In this document: positions 1 through 14,301 of the stretch, in pieces
Numbering within the stretch: the first letter of the stretch is position 1
Layout of the letters: every line of letters begins with the position of its first letter
Assembly (NCBI RefSeq): GCF_027531545.1
Contig: NZ_JAPZSC010000058.1
Span: 4,296-68,295 of the forward strand
DNA length: 64,000 nt
Reading direction: 5' to 3'
DNA from: Silanimonas sp.
GTDB lineage: Bacteria; Pseudomonadota; Gammaproteobacteria; Xanthomonadales; Xanthomonadaceae
The notes under the pieces: generated by a model
Databases searched by the model: none
Seen by the model: the letters and a program-made list of their open reading frames with translations, nothing else
What the model was told of the DNA's origin: nothing
Position numbers and translations under genes: made by a program

Positions 1-293
1 CCTTCCCACTTCGTCAGGCTGTCGCCTTCGAAGTGCACGGTGAAGATCTTGACCACGGCATCGTCGTGGCCGCGCTGCTCCGACGAGACGTAGTCCCAGC
101 GGTTCTGGCGGAACGGGTCGGCGACCGACGGCGAGCCGAGCAGGGCGAACACCTGGCGCTTGCTCATGCCGGTCGCGAGCTGCTCCACGTTCTTCTGTTC
201 GAGCAGGTTGCCCTGGAAGATCGGCTGGCGGTACAGGCAGCCCGAGAGCAGGAGAGGGGCGGCGACGGCCAGGGCGATGAGGATGCGGCGCAT
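1..293 (-). CDS. bamE: Outer membrane assembly lipoprotein BamE (SmpA/OmlA), runs off window start
   Basis: Manual translation MRRILIALAVAAPLLLSGCLYRQPIFQGN...GMSKRQVFALLGSPSVADPF...RWDY: lipobox LSGC and SmpA motifs; divergent from fur. Confidence 0.93.
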   Translation of the reverse strand, partial: MRRILIALAVAAPLLLSGCLYRQPIFQGNLLEQKNVEQLATGMSKRQVFALLGSPSVADPFRQNRWDYVSSEQRGHDDAVVKIFTVHFEGDSLTKWE

Positions 294-389
294 GGGAACT
301 CGGCGGGTCGGAAACCCCACGATGATACACTCCGGGCCGTCATGCGCCGCAGCCCCGGTGGCGCTGTTCAGGAGCCCGCGAGGATGCCG

Positions 390-797
390 ATGGAATCCAA
401 AGACCTGCGAAAAGTCGGCCTGAAGGTCACGATTCCCCGGATGCGCATCCTCGATATCCTCGAGAAGCAGCCGTCGGCGAAGCACATGACCGCCGAGGAC
501 ATCTACCGCGTGCTGCTCGACAAGGGCGACGACATCGGCCTCGCCACCGTGTACCGCGTGCTGACCCAGTTCGAAGCCGCCGGCCTCGTGCTGAAGCACA
601 ACTTCGAGGGCGGCCAGGCCGTCTACGAGCTCAACCTGGGCGAGCACCACGACCACATGGTCGATCTCGACACCGGCAAGGTGATCGAGTTCCACAGCGA
701 CGAGATCGAGGCCCTGCAGCACGCCATCGCGGCGAAGCACGGCTACGAGATCGAAGACCACGCATTGGTGCTGTACGTCCGCAAGAAGCGGAAGTAA
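390..797 (+). CDS. fur: Ferric uptake regulator
   Basis: MESKDLRKVGLKVTIPRMRIL...IGLATVYRVLTQFE...HHDHMV; start set at ATG 390 within the 33..797 ORF. Confidence 0.97.
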   Translation: MESKDLRKVGLKVTIPRMRILDILEKQPSAKHMTAEDIYRVLLDKGDDIGLATVYRVLTQFEAAGLVLKHNFEGGQAVYELNLGEHHDHMVDLDTGKVIEFHSDEIEALQHAIAAKHGYEIEDHALVLYVRKKRK

Positions 798-855
798 GCG
801 GCGCCTTCCGGGACGGCCGCAGGCGCGGCGACGACGCGCCGCCGCAGGCCCGGCC

Positions 856-2523
856 TCAGCCTTTCCTCGCTTTCTCCAGCATCTGCCTCGCGCTGGTGCG
901 CACGGCGGCGGTGATTTCGACGCCCCCCAGCATCCGCGCGATCTCCTCCACCCGCGCCGGCTCCTCGAGTTTCTCAGGCTGGCTGAAGGTCTCCTCGCCG
1001 CTCACCGATTTCGCCACGCGGTAGTGCGCGTGGCCCTGGGCGGCCACCTGCGGGAGATGGGTGACGCAGAGCACCTGCCTGCCGCCGCCGAGTTGGCGCA
1101 GTTTCTGCCCGACGATCTCGGCGACGGCGCCGCCGATGCCGGTATCCACCTCGTCGAAGACCATCGTCGGCGTGTCGTCGAGGCCGAGGGTCGCGACTTC
1201 GATGGCCAGCGCGATGCGCGCCAGCTCGCCGCCCGAAGCGACCTTCCGGAGCGGACGCGGCGGCTGGCCGGGGTTGGCGCTGACCAGAAGCTCGATTCGC
1301 TCCGCCCCCGTGGCGTTTGGACGCGGTTCCGGGTGCGTTTCGAAGGCGACCTCGAAGACGCCCCCGCCCATGCCGAGTTCCTGCATCAGTGCGGAGATCG
1401 CCGAGCCGAGGGCGGCGCCCTGCGTGCGTCGCGCCGCGGAAAGGGCGGATGCCGCTTCGCGCCAACGCCCAGCGGCTGACTCACGTTCGGCCTGCAGGGC
1501 CACCACGCGGCCCTCCGAGCCGCGTAGGGCCTCGAGCTCCACGCGCAGCGCTTCACGCCGTGCCTCGAGGTCGTGCAAAGGAGCGCGGTGCTTGCGGGCG
1601 AGGTCGTGCAGGCGGGAGAGCCGCTGCTCGCCCCGCTGCAGTTCGTCGGGGTCGAGATCGAGTCCGTCGCGGGCGGCCTCGAGCAAACCGGCGGCTTCCT
1701 GGAGTTGCAGCCGTGCGGATTCGGCCAGGGCCGCGGCCTCGGCGATGCGCGGCTCCTCTGGCGCCCATTTCGACAAGGCAGCCAGCGCCTGCCCGATGCC
1801 AGCAGCGGCGCCGTCGTCATCGCCGATCAGCAGCCCGGCGCGGTCGCAGGCCTGCACGAGGGCGCCTGCGTTTGCCGCGCGGCGGTGCTGGGCGAGCAGG
1901 GCGTCGATGTCGGCCGGTGCCAAGGACTCACGATCCAGCTCGTCGAGCTGGTGGCCGAGGTAATCGATGCGGTCGCCGACATCACCGCGCTCCTGCATCT
2001 GCGCCAGCTCGCGGTCGGCGGCCTGCCATTCGGCGGCGGCCTTCTGCACCGGCGCCAGCAGGGGCTGCAGGCGCCCGAAGGCGTCCAGCAGGCTCAACTG
2101 ACGGGAGCGATCGAGAAGCGCCTGATGCTCATGCTGGCCATGGATCTCGACCAGGCGGGCGCCGAGCGCCGCCAGTTGGCCGATGCTGACGGCGCGCCCG
2201 TTGATCCAGGCCTTCGAGCCGCCATCCGCCTTGACGACGCGGCGGAGCTGGCAGGCCCCCTCGTCGTCCAGCTCGTTCTCGGCCAGCCAGACGGCGGCAT
2301 CTGGCGCGTCGTCCAGCGTGAATTCGGCGGACAGCTCGGCGCGGGCGGCTCCGGCGCGCACCATGCCGGCGTCGGCCCGGGCGCCGGAGAGCCACAGCAG
2401 GGCGTCGACCAGCAGGGACTTGCCGGCGCCGGTTTCGCCGGAGATCACCGTCATGCCGGGGCCGAATCGCAGCTCGGCGGCGCGGACAACGGCGAAATCA
2501 CGGAGGGAGAGCAGCTTGAGCAT
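856..2523 (-). CDS. recN: DNA repair ATPase RecN
   Basis: Walker A ISGETGAGKS, signature ASGGELARIALA, VFDEVDTG, THLPQVAA; start MLKLLSLRDF at 2523. Confidence 0.96.
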   Translation of the reverse strand: MLKLLSLRDFAVVRAAELRFGPGMTVISGETGAGKSLLVDALLWLSGARADAGMVRAGAARAELSAEFTLDDAPDAAVWLAENELDDEGACQLRRVVKADGGSKAWINGRAVSIGQLAALGARLVEIHGQHEHQALLDRSRQLSLLDAFGRLQPLLAPVQKAAAEWQAADRELAQMQERGDVGDRIDYLGHQLDELDRESLAPADIDALLAQHRRAANAGALVQACDRAGLLIGDDDGAAAGIGQALAALSKWAPEEPRIAEAAALAESARLQLQEAAGLLEAARDGLDLDPDELQRGEQRLSRLHDLARKHRAPLHDLEARREALRVELEALRGSEGRVVALQAERESAAGRWREAASALSAARRTQGAALGSAISALMQELGMGGGVFEVAFETHPEPRPNATGAERIELLVSANPGQPPRPLRKVASGGELARIALAIEVATLGLDDTPTMVFDEVDTGIGGAVAEIVGQKLRQLGGGRQVLCVTHLPQVAAQGHAHYRVAKSVSGEETFSQPEKLEEPARVEEIARMLGGVEITAAVRTSARQMLEKARKG

Positions 2524-2646
2524 GGCGTCACGACGGAGAAAGGGGCGGGCAGGGGGATGCCCCGTGCCGGCGAGGGCGAACGCTAGCATCCGGCCATGGC
2601 AGCGCCAACGCTTGCCATCGGGGATTCACGGACTTATCTATGCGAC

Positions 2647-3696
2647 ATGTCGCCGTCCTCGCATCGCCTCGATCCCCGTGCCCGCCAGCTCCTGCGCTCG
2701 CTCGTGCACCAGTACATCGCCCATGGCGAGCCGGTGGGCTCGCGCACGCTGGCCAAGCAGTCCGGGCTCGACGTCAGCGCCGCGACCATCCGCAACATCA
2801 TGGCTGACCTCGAGGAACTGGGGCTGGTCGCCGCGCCGCACACGAGTGCGGGCCGCATTCCCACCTCGCACGGCTACCGGGTGTTCGTCGACAGCCTGAT
2901 CGAGCTGCCGCAGCCGGACGAGGGGCTGGTGCGCCAGTTGGCCCAGCAGCTGCCGCAGGGGCAGGGCACCCAGGGCCTGCTGGCAGGGGCCACCGAGTTG
3001 CTCTCGTCGATGAGCCACTCGGTCGGGGTGATCACGGTCCCGCAGCGGGCCGCCTTCGCTTTCCGCCACATCGAATTCGTGCCCATCGACGCCCAGCGCG
3101 TGCTGGTGGTCATCGTCTTCATGGACCACGAGGTGCAGAACCGCATCATCCAGACGCGCCGGCCCTACGCGCCGGACGAGCTGGAGCAGACCTCGAACTA
3201 CCTCAACCGGCACTACGCGGGGCGGGGCTGGGCCGACATCCGCGCCGCGCTGCTACGCGAACTGCAGGACGCGAAATCCGAACTGGAACGCACCCTAGCC
3301 GCCGCGGTCGAACTGTCCGAGCAGGTGCTTCCCGAGGGCGGCGATGACGTGCTGGTCGCCGGCCAGACCCGCCTGATGGGCAGCCCCGACATGGCCGATG
3401 TCGAGCGCCTGCGCGGCCTGTTCCACGCCTTCGCCCAAAAGCGCGAGATCCTCGGCCTGCTGGAGCGCTGTGCCCGGGCGCAGGGCGTGCGGATCTTCAT
3501 CGGTGAGGAAACCGGGCTGGCCCCGTTCGGCGGTTGCACGGTGGTCACGGCCCCGTACGCCGTGAACGGGCGGGTGCTCGGGGTGCTGGGGGTGATCGGC
3601 CCCACGCGGATGGCCTATGAGCAGGTGATCCCGATGGTTCAGGCCACGGCCCAACTGGTCGGACAGGCCTTGAAACCGTCGACGCCGGCCCCATAA
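2647..3696 (+). CDS. hrcA: Heat-inducible transcription repressor HrcA
   Basis: EPVGSRTL...SAATIRNIMADLEELG...PHTSAGRIPT; LGVIGPTRMAY; upstream of grpE. Confidence 0.96.
   Translation: MSPSSHRLDPRARQLLRSLVHQYIAHGEPVGSRTLAKQSGLDVSAATIRNIMADLEELGLVAAPHTSAGRIPTSHGYRVFVDSLIELPQPDEGLVRQLAQQLPQGQGTQGLLAGATELLSSMSHSVGVITVPQRAAFAFRHIEFVPIDAQRVLVVIVFMDHEVQNRIIQTRRPYAPDELEQTSNYLNRHYAGRGWADIRAALLRELQDAKSELERTLAAAVELSEQVLPEGGDDVLVAGQTRLMGSPDMADVERLRGLFHAFAQKREILGLLERCARAQGVRIFIGEETGLAPFGGCTVVTAPYAVNGRVLGVLGVIGPTRMAYEQVIPMVQATAQLVGQALKPSTPAP
3669..3694 (+). promoter_or_regulatory. Sigma-32 (RpoH) promoter for grpE inside the hrcA 3' end
   Basis: CTTGAA-N14-CCCCAT, matching the RpoH consensus. Confidence 0.8.
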
Positions 3697-3744
3697 CCGG
3701 GTCGAACGTCACCGAACTGCCGCCATTCGCGGCCTGGAAAACCC

Positions 3745-4281
3745 ATGAACCACGAGCACGAGCCGGCCGATCCGGCCGAGGCCCCGGAAGGCGCTGCGCC
3801 GGGCGAACACCTCTCCACGGATTCGCCGTTGGAGATCGAGAACGCCGAGCTGCGCATGGCGCTGGCCGAACTGCGCGAGCAGACGCTGCGCGAGCGTGCC
3901 GAGTTGGAGAACCAGCGCCGCCGCATGGCGCGCGAAGTGGAAAGCGCCCGCAAGTTCGCCAATGAGCGCCTGCTCGGCGATCTGTTGCCGGTGTTCGACA
4001 GCCTGCACGCCGGCCTCAAGGCCGCGGGTGCCGAAGCGCATCCGCTGAAGGAAGGCTTGGAGCTCACCCTGCGGCAGCTGATCAAGACCGCCAAGGACAA
4101 CGGCTTGGTCGAGCTCGACCCGAAGGGCGAGGTCTTCAATCCGGAATTCCACCAGGCCGTGACCCAGCTGCCGAGCCCGGGGGCCGCCCCCGGCACCGTG
4201 CTCGACGTGTTCCAGAAGGGCTACGTGCTCAACGAGCGATTGCTGCGCCCCGCGCTGGTCGTGGTCGTCGCCGACGCCTGA
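3745..4281 (+). CDS. grpE: Nucleotide exchange factor GrpE
   Basis: [39 protein letters not shown]. Confidence 0.97.
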   Translation: MNHEHEPADPAEAPEGAAPGEHLSTDSPLEIENAELRMALAELREQTLRERAELENQRRRMAREVESARKFANERLLGDLLPVFDSLHAGLKAAGAEAHPLKEGLELTLRQLIKTAKDNGLVELDPKGEVFNPEFHQAVTQLPSPGAAPGTVLDVFQKGYVLNERLLRPALVVVVADA

Positions 4282-4331
4282 CGGTTCCTTGAACAGCTCG
4301 CGCCACGCCGGCGCGTCGCGCGTGACGACGA

Positions 4332-4359
4332 CTTGAATCGGCGGCCTGCGCACCCATCT
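4332..4359 (+). promoter_or_regulatory. Sigma-32 promoter for dnaK
   Basis: CTTGAA-N14-ACCCATCT. Confidence 0.75.
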
Positions 4360-4417
4360 CGCAGACATCACTGAATCGGCGCCGCGCGCCGGACGAATCC
4401 AAGAACAGGAGACTCCC

Positions 4418-6334
4418 ATGGGCAAGATCATCGGCATCGACCTCGGCACCACCAACAGCTGCGTCGCCGTCATCGAAGGCGGCAACGTCAAGGTGATCGA
4501 GAACGCGGAGGGCGATCGCACCACGCCGTCCATCGTCGCGTTCACCAAGGACGGCGAGACCATCGTCGGCGCCTCGGCCAAGCGCCAGGCGGTCACCAAC
4601 CCGAAGAACACCTTTTACGCCGTCAAGCGCCTGATCGGCCGCCGCTTCACCGACGCCGAGGTCAAGAAGGACCTCGATCTCGTGCCGTACGGCATCTTCG
4701 CCCATGAGAACGGCGACGCCTGGGTGGCCACCGCCGACGGCAAGAAGATGGCGCCGCAGCAGATCTCGGCCGAAGTGCTCGGCAAGATGAAGAAGACCGC
4801 CGAGGCCTACCTGGGCGAGACGGTCACCGAGGCCGTGATCACCGTGCCGGCCTACTTCAACGACTCGCAGCGCCAGGCGACCAAGGACGCCGGCCGCATC
4901 GCGGGCCTCGAAGTGAAGCGCATCATCAACGAGCCGACCGCGGCCGCGCTGGCCTATGGCCTCGACAAGGGCGACACCAAGGACCGCAAGATCGCCGTGT
5001 ACGACCTCGGCGGCGGCACCTTCGACGTGTCGATCATCGAGATCGCCAACATCGACGGCGAGAAGCAGTTCGAAGTGCTGGCCACCAACGGCGACACCTT
5101 CCTCGGCGGTGAAGATTTCGACGCCCGCGTCATCGACTTCCTCGTCGAGGAGTTCAAGAAGGAGCAGGGCATCGACCTGCGCAAGGACCCGATGGCGCTC
5201 CAGCGCCTGAAGGACGCCGCCGAGCGCGCCAAGATCGAGCTCTCTTCGTCGCAGCAGACCGAGGTGAACCTGCCGTACGTCACGGCCGACGCCTCGGGCC
5301 CGAAGCACCTGAACATCAAGCTGACCCGCGCCAAGCTCGAAGCCCTGGTCGACGACCTCATCAAGAAGTCGATCGAGCCCTGCCGCATCGCGCTCAACGA
5401 CGCCGGCCTGCGCACCTCGGAGATCACCGACGTCATCCTCGTCGGTGGCATGACCCGCATGCCGAAGGTGCAGGCCGCCGTGGCCGAGTTCTTCGGCAAG
5501 GAGCCGCGCAAGGACGTGAACCCGGACGAGGCCGTCGCCGTCGGCGCCGCCATCCAGGGCGGCGTGCTGGGCGGTTCGGTGAAGGACGTGTTGCTGCTCG
5601 ACGTCACCCCGCTGTCGCTGGGCATCGAGACGCTCGGTGGCGTGATGACCAAGATCATCGAGAAGAACACCACCATCCCGACCCGCGCCTCGCAGGTCTT
5701 CAGCACCGCCGAGGACAACCAGAGCGCCGTCACCGTGCACGTGCTGCAGGGTGAGCGCGACCAGGCCCGCTTCAACAAGTCGCTGGCCCGCTTCGACCTC
5801 TCCGGCATCGACGCCGCCCCGCGCGGCATGCCGCAGGTGGAAGTGACCTTCGACATCGACGCCAACGGCATCCTGCACGTCTCGGCGAAGGACAAGAAGA
5901 CCGGCAAGGAACAGAAGATCGAGATCAAGGCCGGCTCGGGCCTGAGCGAGGAGGAGATCCAGCGCATGGTCGCGGACGCCGAGGCGAATCGCGAAGAAGA
6001 CAAGAAGTTCCAGGAGCTCGTGCAGGCCCGCAACCAGGCCGACGGCCTGATCCACCAGACCCGCACGGCCATCAAGGAACACGGCAGCAAGGTGCCGGGC
6101 GACCAGCTCGGCGCGATCGAGACCGCGCTGGCCGACCTCGAGACCGCCATGAAGGGCGACGACAAGGGCCAGATCGAAGCCAAGACCATGGCGCTGGCGC
6201 AGGCCGCGCAGTCGCTGCAGGCGGCCGCTTCGGCCGGCCCGGCGGATGCGGGTGAGTCCGGTGCGGGTGCCGCGGCGGGCAAGGCGGACGACGTGGTCGA
6301 CGCCGAGTTCACCGAGGTCAAGAAAGACAAGTAA
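4418..6334 (+). CDS. dnaK: Chaperone DnaK
   Basis: [28 protein letters not shown]-terminal DAEFTEVK. Confidence 0.99.
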   Translation: MGKIIGIDLGTTNSCVAVIEGGNVKVIENAEGDRTTPSIVAFTKDGETIVGASAKRQAVTNPKNTFYAVKRLIGRRFTDAEVKKDLDLVPYGIFAHENGDAWVATADGKKMAPQQISAEVLGKMKKTAEAYLGETVTEAVITVPAYFNDSQRQATKDAGRIAGLEVKRIINEPTAAALAYGLDKGDTKDRKIAVYDLGGGTFDVSIIEIANIDGEKQFEVLATNGDTFLGGEDFDARVIDFLVEEFKKEQGIDLRKDPMALQRLKDAAERAKIELSSSQQTEVNLPYVTADASGPKHLNIKLTRAKLEALVDDLIKKSIEPCRIALNDAGLRTSEITDVILVGGMTRMPKVQAAVAEFFGKEPRKDVNPDEAVAVGAAIQGGVLGGSVKDVLLLDVTPLSLGIETLGGVMTKIIEKNTTIPTRASQVFSTAEDNQSAVTVHVLQGERDQARFNKSLARFDLSGIDAAPRGMPQVEVTFDIDANGILHVSAKDKKTGKEQKIEIKAGSGLSEEEIQRMVADAEANREEDKKFQELVQARNQADGLIHQTRTAIKEHGSKVPGDQLGAIETALADLETAMKGDDKGQIEAKTMALAQAAQSLQAAASAGPADAGESGAGAAAGKADDVVDAEFTEVKKDK

Positions 6335-6439
6335 GGCGTATCCCTCCGGGCTTTCGGCTCGGACGGACCAACGGGCCGCGTTCGACCGGATCAACCGGTC
6401 AACGCGGCGTCGTTCGTGGACACCAACAGCGGGTAGCGG

Positions 6440-7570
6440 ATGAGCAAACGGGACTACTACGAGGTGCTGGGCGTTTCGAAGGGCGCGTCGGAAGATGAGC
6501 TCAAGAAGGCGTACCGCCGGCTGGCGATGAAGCACCACCCCGACCGCAACCCCGGTGATGCGGCGGCTGAAGAGGCGTTCAAGGAGGCCAAGGAGGCCTA
6601 CGACGTCCTCTCCGACGCCAACAAGCGCCGCGCCTACGACCAGCACGGCCATGCCGCCTTCGAGCAAGGGATGGGCGGCGGTGGCGGCGGCCCGGGCGGC
6701 TATGCCGACATGGGCGACATCTTCGGCGACATCTTCGGGGACATCTTCGGCGGCGGGCGTCAGCGCGGCGGTCCGCGCCGCGGCTCGGACCTGCGTTACG
6801 TGATGGAGCTCGACCTCGAGGAGGCCGTCGCCGGCATCGAGAAGCGCATCGACGTGCCGACGATGGCGAACTGCGGTTCCTGTGAAGGCACGGGCGCCGA
6901 GGACAAGAAGACCGAGACCTGCGGCACCTGCCGCGGCATGGGCCAGGTGCGCATCCAGCGCGGCATCTTCCAGATGCAGCAGCCGTGCCCGACCTGCGGC
7001 GGCAGCGGAAAAATCATTCCGAAGCCCTGCAAGGTCTGCCACGGCACCGGCCGCGTGCGGCAGGAGAAGACGCTCTCGGTGAAGATCCCGGCGGGCGTCG
7101 ACACCGGCGACCGCATCCGTCTGCAGGGCGAGGGCGAAGTCGGCCAGCCCGGCGCGCCCAGCGGCGACCTCTACGTCGACGTGCAGGTACGTCCGCACTC
7201 GGTCTTCGAGCGCGACGGCGATGACCTGTATTGCGAGATCCCCATCCGCTTCTCGCAGGCTGCGCTCGGCGCGAGCATTGCCGTGCCCACCCTCGAGGGC
7301 GAAGTCGAGATCAAGGTTCCCGCCGAAACGCAGACCGGCAAGCTGTTCCGCCTTCGCGGCAAGGGCGTGCGCTCGGTGCGTTCGCGCCAGACCGGCGACC
7401 TGCATGCCCGCGTCGTCGTCGAAACGCCGGTGAACCTCACCGCACGACAGCGCGAGCTGCTCGAGGAGTTCGAGCAGACCTTCGAGGGCGAGGAGGCGGC
7501 GCGGCACTCGCCGAAGTCGAGCACCTTCTTCGATGGCGTGCGGGCCTTCTGGGACCGCATGACGGGCTGA
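6440..7570 (+). CDS. dnaJ: Chaperone DnaJ
   Basis: J domain with HPD, G/F region, four CxxCxGxG repeats. Confidence 0.99.
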   Translation: MSKRDYYEVLGVSKGASEDELKKAYRRLAMKHHPDRNPGDAAAEEAFKEAKEAYDVLSDANKRRAYDQHGHAAFEQGMGGGGGGPGGYADMGDIFGDIFGDIFGGGRQRGGPRRGSDLRYVMELDLEEAVAGIEKRIDVPTMANCGSCEGTGAEDKKTETCGTCRGMGQVRIQRGIFQMQQPCPTCGGSGKIIPKPCKVCHGTGRVRQEKTLSVKIPAGVDTGDRIRLQGEGEVGQPGAPSGDLYVDVQVRPHSVFERDGDDLYCEIPIRFSQAALGASIAVPTLEGEVEIKVPAETQTGKLFRLRGKGVRSVRSRQTGDLHARVVVETPVNLTARQRELLEEFEQTFEGEEAARHSPKSSTFFDGVRAFWDRMTG

Positions 7571-7625
7571 GCCCCGTGCCCGCCTGCGTTGCAGGCGGCG
7601 CGCCACGGCGCGTAGCCTTGCGCGC

Positions 7626-8351
7626 ATGACGACCTCCATCGACCTGCTGGTCCACGGCGCTTCCGGCCGCATGGGCCAGCGCCTCCTCGCGCTGTCCGGC
7701 GAGTTCGCCCGTTTGCATCTGGTCGCCGCCGTCGCGCGCGGCACGGCTGGCCTCGTGGTGCCGGGAGGCGTGGCCATCCCGGCGATGCGGCTCGCCGAAG
7801 CGCCGGCGTTCCGCCTGCTGATCGACTTCAGCCTGCCCGAACCCTTCGACGTGGCCCTGGCCCTGGCGGTGCAGCGCCGCGCGGCCTTCGTCAGCGGCAC
7901 GACCGGCCTGTCGCTCGCTCAGCTGAAGGCTCTGGAGGCGGCGAGCCGGCAGATCCCGGTGCTGTGGTCGGCGAATTTCAGCCTCGGCGTGGCCGTGCTG
8001 TCCGACCTCGTCGAACGTGCGGCCCGCGCCCTGCCGGGCTGGGACCTCGACATCGTCGAAAGCCACCACGTGCACAAGAAGGACGCGCCCTCCGGCACGG
8101 CCTTGGCGCTCGGGGCGTCGGCCAAGGCGGGCGGTGCCGAGCCGCGCTACGCCAGCCTGCGTGCCGGCGACATCGTCGGCGAACACTGGCTGCAGTTCGC
8201 CGGGCAAGGGGAGCGGGTGGAACTGGCCCATCGGGCCACCTCGCGCGACATCTTCGCCCGCGGCGCCCTGGCCGTGGGCGAATGGCTGGCCGGGCAGCCG
8301 CCGGGCCAGTACACGATGCGCGATTGGGTCGCGGCCAAAGCCCGGGACTGA
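7626..8351 (+). CDS. dapB: 4-hydroxy-tetrahydrodipicolinate reductase
   Basis: HGASGRMG, LIDFS, GTTG, ESHHVHKKDAPSGTA, RAGDIVGEH. Confidence 0.95.
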   Translation: MTTSIDLLVHGASGRMGQRLLALSGEFARLHLVAAVARGTAGLVVPGGVAIPAMRLAEAPAFRLLIDFSLPEPFDVALALAVQRRAAFVSGTTGLSLAQLKALEAASRQIPVLWSANFSLGVAVLSDLVERAARALPGWDLDIVESHHVHKKDAPSGTALALGASAKAGGAEPRYASLRAGDIVGEHWLQFAGQGERVELAHRATSRDIFARGALAVGEWLAGQPPGQYTMRDWVAAKARD

Positions 8352-8534
8352 CGGGCCCGCGATTCGGCGCTTCGCTGAACGAGATGCGGGCGCCCAAGGC
8401 GGATTCCGCTGGCGTCACGCGGGCTTCGCGGCTAGAATTCCGGCTCGCCTGACTCCCCTCCCATGCGCCTGCCTTCGGCCGGTGCAAGGGAAGCGCACGC
8501 CGCGCGCGAGTCACCCCACCGTAAGGCGATCGAA

Positions 8535-9671
8535 GTGACCCAACCCGCCATCCTCGCGCTCGAAGACGGAACCGTGTTCGAGGGCGTTTCCGTCGGCGCG
8601 CCCGGCCTTTCCGTTGGTGAAGTGGTGTTCAACACCGCACTCACCGGTTACCAGGAAGTCCTGACCGACCCCTCCTACGCGCGGCAGATGGTCACCTTGA
8701 CCTACCCACACATCGGCAACACCGGGTTCACGCCGGAAGACGACGAGGCCGCCAAGGTCTGGTGCGCCGGCCTGATCGTCCGCGACGTGCCGCGCCGCCC
8801 AAGCAACTGGCGTTCTCGCGAGGCGCTGCCGGAATGGCTCACGAAGCGCGGCGTTGTTGCGATCGCCGGCATCGACACCCGCAAGCTGACGCGCCTGCTG
8901 CGCGAGCGCGGCGCCCAGAACGGCGCGCTGATGGCGGGTGACATCGACGCCGACAAGGCCATCGAGGCCGCCCGCAAGTTCCCGGGTCTGAAGAACCTCG
9001 ACCTCGCCCAGGTCGTCACCACCGACCGCACCCATGAGTGGACGGAAGGCTCGCTGGACCTCGACCGCGGCGGCTTCGCCAAGGCCGACGGCCGCTTCCA
9101 CGTCGTGGCCTACGACTTCGGTGTGAAGACCAACATCCTGCGCCTGCTCGCCGACCGCGGCTGCCGCCTCACCGTCGTGCCGGCCAAGACGCCGGCCGCC
9201 GATGTGCTGGCGATGAAGCCCGATGGCGTGTTCCTCTCCAACGGCCCCGGCGACCCGGCCCCCTGCGACTACGCCATCGCCGCGATCGTCGAGATCCTCA
9301 AGGCCAGCGTGCCGACCTTCGGCATCTGCCTCGGCCACCAGCTGCTGGCGCTGGCCAGCGGCGCGAAGACGCTGAAGATGAAGTTCGGCCACCACGGCGC
9401 GAACCACCCGGTGCAGGACCTCGACTCCGGCCGCGTGATGATCACCAGCCAGAACCACGGCTTCGCCGTCGACGAGGCCACGCTGCCCGCGACGCTGCGC
9501 GTCACGCACCGCTCGCTGTTCGACGGCAGCAACCAGGGCATCGCGCGCACCGACGTGCCCGCCTTCAGCTTCCAGGGCCATCCCGAAGCCAGCCCCGGCC
9601 CGCACGACGTGGCCGGTCTGTTCGACCGCTTCATCGGCCTGATGCAGGCCCACCCGCAGGGAGCCCGCTGA
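8535..9671 (+). CDS. carA: Carbamoyl-phosphate synthase small subunit
   Basis: [32 protein letters not shown]; GTG start inferred at 8535. Confidence 0.97.
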   Translation: MTQPAILALEDGTVFEGVSVGAPGLSVGEVVFNTALTGYQEVLTDPSYARQMVTLTYPHIGNTGFTPEDDEAAKVWCAGLIVRDVPRRPSNWRSREALPEWLTKRGVVAIAGIDTRKLTRLLRERGAQNGALMAGDIDADKAIEAARKFPGLKNLDLAQVVTTDRTHEWTEGSLDLDRGGFAKADGRFHVVAYDFGVKTNILRLLADRGCRLTVVPAKTPAADVLAMKPDGVFLSNGPGDPAPCDYAIAAIVEILKASVPTFGICLGHQLLALASGAKTLKMKFGHHGANHPVQDLDSGRVMITSQNHGFAVDEATLPATLRVTHRSLFDGSNQGIARTDVPAFSFQGHPEASPGPHDVAGLFDRFIGLMQAHPQGAR

Positions 9672-9672
9672 C

Positions 9673-12899
<3,227 letters not shown>

Positions 12900-12903
<4 letters not shown>

Positions 12904-13376
12904 GAGCCCCGCTGACGAGCAAGGGCGCGACGCGCCTGCGCGACGAGCTCGAGAAGCTGAAGACCGTCGATCGCCCGAAGATCATCGAGGCGATCGCCGA
13001 GGCCCGCGCCCACGGCGACCTCAAGGAAAACGCCGAGTACCACGCCGCGCGCGAGATGCAGGGCTTCGTCGAAGGCCGCATCAAGGAACTGGAGTACACG
13101 CTCTCGCACGCGCAGGTGATCGACATCGCCTCGCTCAACGCGGGCTCGCGCATCGTCTTCGGCGCGACGGTCGAGCTGGCCGACGTCGATACCGATGACA
13201 AGGTCACCTACACCATCGTTGGCGACCTCGAGAGCGACATCAAGCAGCGCCTGATCTCGATCTCCTCGCCAGTGGCGCGCGCCCTGATCGGCAAGCACGA
13301 AGGCGACACCGTCACCATCGAGGCGCCGGGCGGCCAGCGCGAGTTCGAGATCACCGGCGTCAGCTATATCCCCTGA
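12900..13376 (+). CDS. greA: Transcription elongation factor GreA
   Basis: [29 protein letters not shown]; ATGA overlap with carB. Confidence 0.97.
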
Positions 13377-13380
13377 CCCC

Positions 13381-14301
13381 GTGCTGACGCTGCTGCTTCC
13401 GGCTCGCCGGTACTTCGCCGGCCAGGGTCCATCGCCCGCTGTCGCGAAGGCCCTTGGGCGTGCGGCAACGAACGATGCCGAGGCGGGCGAACTCGCCCAG
13501 CTGCGTCGGCCCTTCCGCCTGCGTCCGGTGGGCCAATGGCCCAGCGCCGCCCTCATGGAGCGGCGCTTGAGGCACGAGGGCGACGTGCAGCCGTTCCAAT
13601 GGCTGCGTGCCGACCCCGTGTGGTTGCAGCCCGACCTCACCACGGCGCGGCTGATGGCCTGGGGAAACCTCGGGCTCACGGCGGAGGACGCCGCGGCGCT
13701 GATGGCACCGCTGAAGCCGCTGTTCGGCGATTTCGGTTACGTCTTCGAAGCCCGCGAAGCGGAGGCGTGGTCGGTGCAGTGCCCGCGCGAGACGCGCCTG
13801 CCGTCCTTTCCGCACCCGCTGGCGGCGCTCGGCGATGACGCCTTTCCTTACCTGCCTGAGGGCCCCGAGGCGCGTCGCTGGCGCAGCCTGATGGGCGAGG
13901 CGCAGGTGCTGATGCACCAGCATCCGGTCAATGCGGAGCGCGCTCGCCGCGGCCTGCCGCCGGCGAACAGCCTGTGGTTCTGGGGCGAAGGCGGTCTGCC
14001 CGACCAGGTCGAAGGCCCCCGAGGGCATGTCGCCACCGCCGATCCCGAACTGGCGGCGTATGCGCAGGCGGCCGGCGCCGCGGTGAGTGATCGCGTCGAT
14101 GCCACGAAACCCGGCCTGATCGACCTTCGTGCCGAGCGGCGCTGGTCGGTCATCGACGATCTGGTCGCTCTGGCGATGGCGTCGATGGGGCAGGGCGCCT
14201 TCGCCGCCCTGCGCCTCGATTTCGCTGACGGCCACTTGGTCACGCTTGAGCCGGCCCAGCGCTGGCGGTTCTGGAAGCCAGCCTTCAAGGGCTTCGCGTG
14301 A
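13381..14301 (+). CDS. rpfE: RpfE-like protein (phosphoglycerate-mutase-like conserved hypothetical)
   Basis: WLRADPV, WRSLMGEAQVLMHQHPVN...RGLPPANSLWFWG; sits between greA and recJ as rpfE does in Xanthomonas. Confidence 0.7.
   Translation: MLTLLLPARRYFAGQGPSPAVAKALGRAATNDAEAGELAQLRRPFRLRPVGQWPSAALMERRLRHEGDVQPFQWLRADPVWLQPDLTTARLMAWGNLGLTAEDAAALMAPLKPLFGDFGYVFEAREAEAWSVQCPRETRLPSFPHPLAALGDDAFPYLPEGPEARRWRSLMGEAQVLMHQHPVNAERARRGLPPANSLWFWGEGGLPDQVEGPRGHVATADPELAAYAQAAGAAVSDRVDATKPGLIDLRAERRWSVIDDLVALAMASMGQGAFAALRLDFADGHLVTLEPAQRWRFWKPAFKGFA

Noticed and set aside
2611-2639. Sigma-32 promoter for hrcA (CTTGCC...ACTTATCT)
   Set aside because: Too many mismatches to list as a feature
6335-6439. 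sRNA or terminator between dnaK and dnaJ
   Set aside because: Imperfect hairpins without a U-tract; most simply an mRNA processing or stability element, not supportable further
4229-7900. 1223-aa antisense ORF over dnaK/dnaJ
   Set aside because: Shadow ORF caused by high-GC codon bias of highly expressed genes; no motifs, low-complexity composition
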